64,000 bases of DNA from Marsupella aquatica (taxonomy: Eukaryota > Plantae > Marchantiophyta): contig OZ316897.1 of assembly GCA_973895155.1 (NCBI GenBank), positions 21,799,455-21,863,454 on the forward strand, written 5' to 3'. The number at the start of each line of letters is the position of its first letter. Positions within the stretch are counted from its first letter, which is position 1. This document shows, piece after piece, positions 38,641 through 49,083 of the stretch. A model generated the notes under the pieces. The model ran no database searches, was not told where the DNA came from, and was given only the letters and a program-made list of their open reading frames with translations. The position numbers and the translations under genes were made by a program.

Positions 38641-39752
38641 ACAGTACTTGCCAGGGACTACCTTTCCAATCCAAACAGTATCACTTTTGTGCATACTTTA
38701 TCTTCTTTGCTTCTTTGCTTCTATTGAAGTACTTGCGGGCCCGCTTGCGGAACTACTTGTTGATCAAGTTTGTCAACATCTTTCGAGCAATCTTTGAATT
38801 CACTCTGTCTATTGGATTTAGCAAGTGAACACAAGCTACAATTCTATGCAAAATATGGATGAGCCAGCAGAGTCTAGCTATGTACAGCAAAGGAACCTCG
38901 TGCCAGGATATGGTAAAACTCTGAGGACCCCTCCATCTCAAGTATCGGGTGCAGAGCATTCTCATTTGCAAGCCAATGATTCATTATCACCTCCAATCCT
39001 TCCATTTCCATTCTCATATCATCAGTCTGGATACCGGTTTGATGGAGAATCTAGAGGTGGGTTGAATTCACGAAGATGACCACCAATGGTTGCAAGACCT
39101 GCGCCGGTGATCAGGAATAGATCACGTTATGACAAAGAGGTGGAGCGTGCTATACATGTCCCTCTCTTGATCTACGAGGCAGAACAAGTTGACACTGGCT
39201 GTGACACGGATAACATGTCACTTAACGGAACCCAGGTCGTAGATTAGGCCTTATACGGGCATTAGGACCGTAGCCATAGCGTAGAATAGCACGTGTAGCA
39301 GTCTGTTGCCATTATGAATAGATTAGGAGTAGGTTAAAATGACCGAATAATTACGAGTTTAGGAAGAGGATTATTATGCACGACCGAGGTACGGTGGCGG
39401 CAGCGGAGTAAAAATCAGTTAGAGGAATCATGCTTGGACCGAGGCGCCGACTTCAGCTCGTTATCAATGACCAAACGGCCTGGCCTTCTCACGCTCGGGC
39501 TCATCCTGGCACCTCCATAAGAGAGGAGCTGATGGTGCTGCGGGCCATTTGCTCATGTCTACCTTTTTTTGAATTTGCGGACGTTGCCACCCACTCGCCC
39601 TTCTGATCGAATCAAGTCAACCTTTACAAGGAGATTATCGAGGGAGAAGAGCGGAATGTGGCGAGATTTAGTCAGGACGAGTGAGGCCTCCACGAGAAAG
39701 AGGACCAGCCGAGTGGGAACGCGGACTCAACGAACCGGACTATGAGGTTAGT

Positions 39753-42067
39753 ATGACCCTCACAGCCTTGGGATTTTGGACCTTGTTTGGCGAGGTAGGT
39801 GCTAAGTTCTCCGAGACTTACTGGTACTCTGTCCCGAGAAAGCCGCTTACGAACGAAGATACGCGAAGCTGGTGACCAAGATAGCACTGGTTAATTGCGA
39901 AAGGACAGCCATCACCAGGGATTCCAGCTACAACGAGCTGTGAGACTACATCACCGAACTATATCTCAGCGAGGAAGGGCTTAGATCGGTAGCAGAGGCG
40001 ATTCTTGAGGTCCCAGCGAAGTTCTTTAAGCTGAAGGGCAGCCAGCGGCTTACTCAAGCGGAGTTCGACAAGATTCTAGGGTACCTAGACCAGCAGATTG
40101 CAGCCAAAAAGCGCCAAGAAGACATCAGCAAACAACGGGAAGCGGCACGTAATCTTACGTTCCTCGGGGAAAGCTCCAATGCCTTCAACTGGGATATGGC
40201 TACCCCGATACCACCAGTGCCTCAGCCGATGACCACCGGTGTACCGCCAAACCGGTCCCAAGTCCATCCAGTAATCAACACAGAGTGTTCTTTGGGTTCC
40301 GAGCGAGCTAGTCCGCAACTCGAACAGCGTCCTCGTAAGCGGCCAAGGACTACGACGGCCCCCGAATCAACAACGCGGACCAACGCCGCGCCTGCATCTG
40401 CCCTGGTAAACCCCCCGACCAACCAGACCCGACGGCCCCCGGATAACCCGAAGTCCAACTTATTACAGGTAATCCGCGTCCCCAAAGTAGTCTGGATCGC
40501 GATCAAGAAACTTGAACATGCAGACTATCTAAAGGAGCATCAGTTGGAGCAGTTCGCTCACTTGCTTTGGAGGCCGTGCACCACCGAGCCGAAGGAGATT
40601 TGTGAGTTCATCTCCAATTTCGACACTGACGCGTCGACCACCAAGGTTTCGGGGCAGGCCTTATCACTCACGGAGCATCGGTTAATGCAAATCTTCTGCC
40701 TACCAACCGGGCCAGTGCCGGTGGAAATCCGAATTCGGGATAAGGAGTATACGCCGCGGCACTTCAAACCTGAGGGTAAGACGGACAACGGATACAAGCA
40801 GGGGGCATGCACCAACTTAACCTGTATGGAGCGGCTTAACTTCATACGGACTACCCTACACATGATTGAGCCACGATTCGAGATTTCCCTCTGCACGATC
40901 GTGCAGGTGGAACAGTACAAACAATGAAACTGGGCCCAATTCTTCTACCAAAGATTCTCGGGGGAGCTGAAGCGGGCTCAGGGTGGTATGGCTATTGGGG
41001 GGAAGACTTACTTGGGAAGTCATATCGCCATTATCCTCGCCAGGTACAAGGCACGGCGGGAGGCCAGAGGAAAGAATATGGCCACCTCAGCCCCGGCTAA
41101 TGTCACCCCCGCCCCGGAGGAGGCAACCCCGAGCACGCGGACTACCATCCCTCGGGCAAACCCCAAGCCGGAAGCCCCGACTAATACTCCGCCACCTCCT
41201 CCTGTGGAAATTCCGCCGCCCCCTTCCGTTGAGCCTCCACTACCCGCAGTACAACCACCCCCAATCCCTCCACCACCTGAAGATATCTTCCCCTCCCCAG
41301 CGTTGACTACAGAGGAGATCATTGCTCCACCCGAGGAGCCACCGGTACCCGAGAGGATGGAGGACTACCAAGTAGCCCCGGGGACCATGGCCTACGACCT
41401 GGTCCACAAGTTTAGCCAGACTATGTCTGGGGAGCTGGCAACATACATCGGACAACAAGTCTCGACGTACTTTCAACCAGCCTTCTTCATGTTAGAGCAC
41501 CAACCACGGATCGTAAGCCGCTTGGAAGAAGAACTCATGGCGAAGGGGAATGAGATCGGGCACCTCCAGATGCTGGTAGAGCACCTCGAGGAGGAGGCAA
41601 CAACCCGCCGCGAGGAGTTAGTCCGCACCGTCGAACAGCAGGACAGACTAACCCAAGAGTTAAGCGGAGCGCAGGCCAAACTCAAGAAGCTGGATGACAC
41701 CGTGCTTCAATTACGCTCAGAATCTTCGGCTCAGGTTACCAGCCTGACCGACCTCAACAAACAATTCCTGCAGGTAGCACAGCAGGTGGCTAGTCTCTCC
41801 GCCGAACGAGATAAATTGCTAGCGCAGGACCAGATCCATCGTGACTCCATCGACCAGCTCAATCTGGAGGTAGCGCGGCTCCAGACCGAGGCTGATGAAG
41901 CTGCAAATGAGGCGGAGGAGGCGGTACGGGACAACAAGGCCTTGCAGGACCGCATTACCCTACTCGTCCTCCAGCGGGGAAAACCTGGGCCCACCTCTGA
42001 TCAAGGCGGCTCGAGGTCTTGTCCCGACAAGGGGACTAGCCCTAGTCCAACCACTGCACACACGTAA
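39753..42067 (+). pseudogene. ATHILA ORF1 / plant transposon protein-like gene with Pro-rich linker and coiled coil, disrupted
   Basis: EFISNFD...KVSGQALSLTEHRLMQIFCLP...NWAQFFYQRF...YLGSHIAIILA resembles the EFYxN...VRG...LGLP...NW motif set; frameshift near 39830, TGA at 39941-39943 and 40925-40927. Confidence 0.55.
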
Positions 42068-42739
42068 GGGGTGGTTAGCGAAGGGTGGAAGCAGGCGCCG
42101 TGCGAGGCAGTTAAGACAACGACATCTTTTGGTTAGGCGTAACGACAGAATGACTGTCATTAGGCACCGATTAGCGGCAGTAAGAAGAATTAGGGCCGGA
42201 TCAGTTAGGATCAGCCAACGTAGGATGGAGTCCATCAACGGACTAGAGTTTGTCAGTAGGCTTGGCCGCTGCCATCCCGGTTGGCACCTTGTCATCGACG
42301 GTCAACCAGTCAGTGCGGCGCGGCCAGTAGTCAGTAGGTAGTTAGTCAGTAGGTAGTATCCCGGAAGGCAGTATCCTCCGGCTCTCCTCCGCGATTGTAG
42401 TATGTGACGCCAATGACATGGTCCTTATTTTGTAATCTGATTAAGTAGGTTGCTGTATGCAAGGAGTAGCTATTGATATTACATAACAATTAGCAAGATG
42501 GCAAGAATAAGGGCAATCATGGCGTTAAGAGTAGGGAAATAAAAACTATGTCGCGGGTGGTCGACGACCATATCTCTTTCAATATGTCACCAAATCCGGA
42601 TCTGTAAAGAGCATTGGAAAGATCTGGTCAAGGCAAGTAAAATCGATATAAAACACTCGGGAAACGGAGGTGTATTAAGAGAAATACGGCCTGATTAGTG
42701 TGACGGGTTAACTTATGGCCGGAATTAGCGGATTCGGCT

Positions 42740-43085
42740 TCAGTTTCGGGTTAACCCAAGCTCGACCACGGCTTAGCTTATGTGAGCACGGCTTCAGCTT
42801 AGCTCAGGTAAGCACGACTTCAGCTTAGCTCAGGTGAGCACGGCTTCAGTTTAGCTAAGGTAAGCACGGCTTCAACTTAGCTTAGGTCAGCACAGCTTCA
42901 GCTTAGGCTTAACCTAGGTTCGGATTAGATTGAACTCGGGTTAGCCTAAACTCGGGCTCAGCTTAGGGTAGGTTAGCGGATAGCGGGTAGCGGCCTAACC
43001 CGAGACCACGGGTTAGCTCTACTCGGGTTAGATAGGATAGCTAGGTTAGCCAAACTCGGGTTAGCTATGTAACTCGGGTTAGCGC
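42740..43085. repeat. Minisatellites inside the LTR-like unit
   Basis: 26-bp unit gcacggcttcagcttagctcaggt(a/g)a x ~5 and dispersed actcgggttag motifs. Confidence 0.85.
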
Positions 43086-45458
43086 AGCAGTGAGTACCCC
43101 CTCTCGGTTGCGGGGGCATAACTCTCTGTGTATTTGACCAAATCGGATATAATTGACCTCGTTGGAAAGAGGAGCTCAAGCCGCTTCCAACGCTGCTATC
43201 CACGCAGCAAATGGTTGAATACAGAAATCGGGAGAGGAGGCGTAAGCTCGCGAAAACCATGGAGGAGGGCCAAATCCGAAGTACATAGCCAATTCGAGAT
43301 AGAAATAAAGCTGCAAGTTAGGGTTCAGTAGTTAGAGATAGTGGCGGCTCTGTTAGGGCTGGGATGGGGCTCCAGCAGCGTACTACCCAGCCATTTGGGC
43401 TCATTATGAGAGTATATAGAGCAGCCCCCCGGTAGAGATGGGGGGGGGGGGACTTCAGTTGTGTGATCTCACTTAGACTGAGCAACAGGGAGGAGCTCTG
43501 TGCAAGCAAGGCTGGACTTGGACGCTGCGTGTTGGGGAGAGCTTGGTTGTGCTATTACTCAGGGAGTAATCAGCCAAGCTTCACAGCAACGGGTTGCTAG
43601 GTTTGCGAGCTGGATTGTGGCTCTTTCTAGTGAGTAGCACAACTGGGTTCTTTTCCCCCAATATAGAGCCTTGGTGATAGGTGATGTATTGGTGATTGTA
43701 AACTGTGGGGAGGATGTCAATTTGATTTGTGGTGAGCACATTAGGGAGGCTGAGACACTGATTGAGGGGCAGCAGGAGGAGCATTTACAGTTCAGTCTGG
43801 CAAGGCTACGTGATCCATGGGGAGTCCCGGCCTTTGTCTGGTGGAGAGCACTAAGGGATCTATGGCCAGAGCGGAGCTTGCAGGGCAAGCGTGAGGCCGG
43901 GCCTCATTGCAGTCTGGGGTAGATCGCCGTTAGGCCTGGTACCAGCTTTGAAGTCGAGTCAACTATGTATGCGTAACTTGACGTTCTGAATTGGAGGTGT
44001 GAGATCTGTATGTGCCCCCAAGAATGAAGTGCAGTGAAGGAGGTTGAGTTCAGGATTGAGTTTGCAAGGCAAGTACGGGATTGGTTTGAGTCCAATATGC
44101 CGTCGCAATCTGGAGTGAGCCGGGCTCAGGTTCAGGATTGAGCTTGCATGGCAAGCATGGGGCTTGCGGGGCAAGCACGCTGCAATCTGGAGTAGACAGC
44201 CTTCGGGCCTATTGTTCGGATCAAGTGTTCTCAGTGAACTATTGTGCACATCGTTGAATCTAATTGAGTTTTCCTCTCAGGCCTCATTTCTCTCTTGGAT
44301 GTGTGTGTGTGTGAGGCAATCTAAGTGTATGATGGGACTAGCAGCGCCACTAAGAGGTGTACAGGGTGCATTGAAGCGGGCTGGGTGAGGACTGTCATAG
44401 CTCTGATTGCTGAGAGTGGAATGGCAGAGTGGTGGGGCAATGGCTTAGAAGTCCCTAAGCCGGGAATCAGTCAAGAGTCACTGGTTTATGGGTACATTCC
44501 GGCGGCGGAATAGAAACATACCTATGACAGTAAGCATACGTATAGACCTATGCGCACCGTAGCGCTAGGCCCTGTGTGTACGGGCCCGATATGAAGACTC
44601 CTTCTCACCAGAACTATCATGAGCGCGGATCTGATTCCCAACCTTGGTTCTTAGGGATTGAGCTTGGGTGATGTGTGACGGAGTCTTGTTATGATAGTCT
44701 GGTGTTAAGGGCATAAATTGGTGTTTACCGGCCTTCACAGCATCCCTTCGTGATCCTCAGGTACAAGGAGATGGTTTTGGCACCCATAGTGACGTCTTTG
44801 GTGTTAAGACCCATGTCAATCGCGTGACATAGTATTTAGGCTTCCCCTTCCGCTATGGAAGGGGGAGAAGGCTTAGTTATCTCAGCAAAAGAAAGGTGAG
44901 GCACGGGGAGTCCCGGCCTGAGCAGGGTCAGAGCGCACCAAGGAGTGAGAGCCAGAGTCGAGCTTGCTGGGCAAGTGCGAGGCAGGGCCTCGTAGAGACT
45001 GGGCATCGACTGCCGTTGGGCCTGCTGACCCCCTTTGAAGTGGAGTCAACCATGTAAACTGATGCTTCGCTGAGTAAATGTAGTCTTTTCCCCCTAATGT
45101 TTCCGCAAGTAACTGGTGTTGTGTGTATGCTTTGTCTGGGTAAAGGCGCCATTTTAAGGGACGTACCGGGTGCGGAGTAATGGTAGGGATTGCCACTCAT
45201 TGTATGTCACAAGGTCCTATCGTGTCAATGGCTTGAATGGCCCCAAGCCGGGAGTTAGTCCGAGTCACTAACTGAGGGAATATTCCAGCGGTGGAAAACA
45301 AATATACCTATGACTAGTACGAATTATGCAAGTGTTATACCAGTAAGTATATCGACTTAGCCCGACTTAGGGCTAATAGAGGTCACTACACACCTCCTTG
45401 CCCTCACCCTCACCCTTACTGGTGGTCGAGGTCACACCATGGCACTAAACTGGATTTA

Positions 45459-47494
45459 AGGCTCGACAGAAGGGGGCGGTGGAATTTCCTCAGGGGGCGG
45501 TGGCAGAGTATTAGTCGGGGCTTCCGGCTTGGGGTTTGCCCGAGGGACGGTAGTCCGCGTAGTCGGGGTTGCCTCCTCTGGGGCGGGGGTGACATTACCC
45601 GGGGCTGAGGTGGCCATATTCTTTCCTCTGGCCTCCCGCCGTGCCTTGTACCAGGCGAGGATAATGGCGATATGACTTCCCAAGTAAGTCTTCCCCCCAA
45701 TAGCCATACCACCCTGAGCCCGCTTCAGCTCCCCCGAGAATCTCCGGTAGAAGAATTGGGCCCAGTTTCGTCATTTGTACTGTTCCACCTGCACGATCGT
45801 GCAGAGGGAAATCTCGGATCGTGGCTCAATCATGTGTAGGGTAGTCCGTATGAAGTTAAGCCGCTCCATACAGGTTAAGTTGGTGCACGCCCCCTGCTTG
45901 TATCCGTTGTCCGTCTTACCCTCGGGTTTGAAGTGCCGCGGCGTATACTCCTTATCCCGAATTCGGATTTCCACCGGCACCGGCCCGGTTGGTAGGCAGA
46001 AGATTTGCGTTAACCGATGCTCCGTGAGTGATAAGGCCTGCCCCGAAACCTTGGTGGTCGACGCGTCAGTGTCGAAATTGGAGATGAACTCACAAATCTC
46101 CTTTGGCCCGGCGGCGCACGGCCTCCATAGCAAGTGGGCGAACCGCTCCAACTGATGCTCCTTGAGATAGTCCGCATGTTCGAGTTTCTTGATTGCGATC
46201 CAGACTACTTCGGGGATGCGGATTACCTGTAATAAGTTGGACTTTGGGTTATCCGGGGGCCGTCGGGTCTGGTTGGTCGGGGGGTTTGCCGGGGCAGGTG
46301 CAGGCGCGGCGTCGGTCCGTGTTGATTCGGGGGCCGTCGTAGTCCTTGGCCGCTTACGAGGACGCTGTTCAAGTTGTGGACTAGCTCGCTCGGAACCCGA
46401 AGAACACTCCGTGTTGATTATTGGACGAACTTGGGACTGGTTCGGCGGTACTCCGGTGGTCATCGGTTGAGGCACTGGTGGTATCCGGGTAGCCATATCC
46501 CAGTTGAAGGCGTTGGAGCTTTCCCCGAGGAACGTAAGATTACGCGCCACTTCCCGTTGTCTGTTGATGTCTTCCTGGCGCTTTTCGGTTGCGATCTGCT
46601 GGTCTAGGTACCCCAGAATCTTGTCGAACTCCGCTTGAGTAAGCCGCTGGTTGCCCTTCAGCTTAAAGAACTTCGCTGGAACCTCAAGAATCGCCTCAGC
46701 TACCGATCTAAGCCCTTCCTCGCTGAGATATAGTTCGGTGATGTAGTCTCGCAGCTCGTTGTAGCTGGAATCCCTGGTGATGGCTGTCCTTTCGCAATTA
46801 ACCAGTGCTACCTTGGTCACCAGCCTCGCGTATCTTCGTTCGTAAGCGGCTTTCTCGGGGCAAGAGTACCAGTAAGTCTCGGAGAACTTAGCACCTACCT
46901 CGCCAAACAAGGTCCAAAATCCCAAGGCTGTGAGGGTCATACTAACCTCGTAGTCCGGTTCGTTGAGTCCGCGTTCCCACCCGGCTGGTCCTCTGTCTCG
47001 TGGAGGCCTCGCTTGTCCTGACTAAATCTCGCCACATTCCGCTCTTCTCCCTCGATAATCTCCTTGTAAAGGTCGACTCGATTCGATCAGCAGGGCGAGT
47101 GGGTGGCAACGTCCGCGAATTCAAAGAAAGGTAGACATGAGCAAATGGCCCGCAGCACCATCGGCTCCTCTCTTATGGAGGTGCCAGGATGAGCCCGAGC
47201 GTGAGAAGGCCAGGCCGTTTTGGTCATTGATAGCGAGCTGAAGTCGGCGCCTCGGTCCAAGCGTGATTCTTCTAACTGATTTTTACTCCGCTGCCGCCAC
47301 CGTACCTCGGTCGCGCGTAATAATCCCCTTCCTGAACTCGTAATGATTCGATCATCTTAACCTACTCCTAATCTAATCATAATGGCAACAGACGGCTATA
47401 CGTGCTATTCTACACTATGGCTACGGTCCTAATGACCGTATAAGTCCTAATCTACGACCTGGGTCCGGTCAAGTGACACGTTACCCGTGTCACA
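45459..47494 (-). mobile_element. Truncated second copy of the LTR-like unit (first ~2 kb), inverted
   Basis: Reverse complement of 39200-~41236; begins TGTGACACGG at 47494; ORFs 45771..46940 and 45456..45707 are near-identical to copy-1 peptides. Confidence 0.85.
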
Positions 47495-47559
47495 ACAACT
47501 CAATCGTACCCTCTAATATCTGTTGAAAGCACCAAGGAGCCCATGTCCCTGCTCTGTCG

Positions 47560-48075
47560 TTACCTGTTGTAAAGTATACAAGGAATTATGTATAGATCCC
47601 CAAATATTATAGAGTATACAAGACTAATTCTGTAGATTATCAAATTGTACCCAAAATGCCCCATTGCACACTGTCTTAGAGTACTCCAAAGTACTATAGA
47701 TTATGAAAGGGTAGCCAAAATGTCTCTGAATATCTAGAGGATGAATCTTTGAGTACCCCATATGTCATAAAATGACCCACATTCCTCTGCTTTACCAAAG
47801 GGTAGCCAAAATGTCTCTGAATATTTAGAGTGTCTTAGAGTACCCCAAATATCATAAAATACCCCATAGTCCTTTACATGACCAAAGGGCACTAAAAATG
47901 TCCCTTAGTTATATCATATATTGAGTGACCCATAGCACCCTACATATCATAGAGGGCTTCGTAGTACCCAGGAGTACTCCAAATATCATAGAGTACCTAA
48001 GAGTACTCTAGATTATTTACCAAAGGGTACCCAAAATGTCACCAAAAATCATAGAGTACCCTATTACCCAAATAC
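47560..48075. repeat. Degenerate minisatellite
   Basis: Recurrent agagtac(c/t)ccaaatatcata and agggtagccaaaatgtc motifs. Confidence 0.6.
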
Positions 48076-49051
48076 CCGGGCTAAGTCTGCACACTGTCCA
48101 TAAGCAAATGCTATCCAAAAAGGTTTTTGGCATCTGGAATGAAGACTCATTGGTTAAGGAAAGAAAAAACCCACCAAGAATTACAAAACATCACAAAACT
48201 TGATGTGTTATACCAAGAGTTAACCTTTGTTGATAGATTACCCTATTACGTATTATTTAAGATTATACATATATCTTCTTTAATGTTGTACGTACATATG
48301 TATCATTCATAAGTTCACTTCTAACCACGGTAAGTTGACAAAAATTCAGGAACTCTCATTGGCTCCATGTTTGCACAGGTGTTTATATTTTTTCCATCTT
48401 GGTTAAACCGTACCTCCAATAAAATTTGCACATCATGCATGTCAATCAAGCGTGTGTAAAAAACTTACGCACGCATCTCAAGTGTGTGTAAAAAATTACA
48501 CATCTCAATCATTTGCGCCTCATTTAAAAATTTGGACCTCATTCCAAAGTACTTCCAAATATTTGCACAGTCATATTTGAAGTGCTTGAGAAAACTTTGC
48601 GTCTGCCTCTTAAACTTGGCCGTTCAAAAACTTTGTAACTTAGAAAGAAAATAAAAGCACACTCACATCCATTGTTGAGGCTTTTTATTTCCCATTCCTC
48701 TTCTACATTTTTGAGGTAAGCTTTTTCTCCTAAAATATTAGGCGTAATTTTTGTCATCTCCTCGGTAATGTGAGAAATATAAATCTAGAAAAGTCCACAA
48801 TTTTTTTTTTTGTTGTATGACAATTTTTTATTTAAGTCTTGAATAATAAGATTTATTCAAAAATGAACTAATGATATAACATTTATTTAACTCATAAATG
48901 AGGAAAATTAATATTTTAATCAGTCAAATCTGTTCAGATGTTATTTAAGAACTTTTGAAAAAATTAATTATGAACTATAAAAATATTGGTCACCCCTTCT
49001 TCATTGACCAATATGTTTCTTCTTTTTAACAATATATTTTTGTTTTTGAAG

Positions 49052-49083
49052 GAAAAACACTCTGCAACATTTGGTATTCCGTA
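49052..49083 (-). repeat. Right TIR of IS3EU-like element
   Basis: Reverse complement TACGGAATACCAAATGTTGCAGAGTGTTTTTC; followed on the + strand by GGCATA. Confidence 0.9.

Larger units (their letters stand above)
39200..45390 (+). mobile_element. LTR-retrotransposon-derived unit (TG...CA, ~6.2 kb; giant solo-LTR-like) containing an ATHILA-ORF1-like gene
   Basis: Starts TGTGACACGG (boundary confirmed by the second copy), ends GGTCACTACA (3' end inferred); GC-rich; TATA-like TATATAGA at ~43413; internal tandem repeats; no gag/pol, PBS, PPT or matching TSD seen. Confidence 0.6.
14535..49083 (-). mobile_element. Giant IS3EU-like DNA transposon (~34.5 kb including nested insertions) with cargo genes
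   Basis: 32-bp TIRs (30/32 identical) starting TAC and ending GTA; 6-bp TSD GGCATA at 14529-14534 and 49084-49089; internal IS3EU-type DDE transposase; much of the interior is AT-rich; weak subterminal similarity (~14670-14735 vs ~48965-49035). Confidence 0.85.

Noticed and set aside
40925-40927. Programmed stop-codon read-through in the ATHILA-like ORF
   Set aside because: The stop lies at different adjacent codons in the two copies, consistent with independent CGA-to-TGA mutations
39200-47494. A single Polinton- or Ginger-like element with 2-kb TIRs
   Set aside because: No TSD (CTGGC vs ACAAC), no integrase or polymerase, and the arms are coding LTR-like copies, one of them truncated
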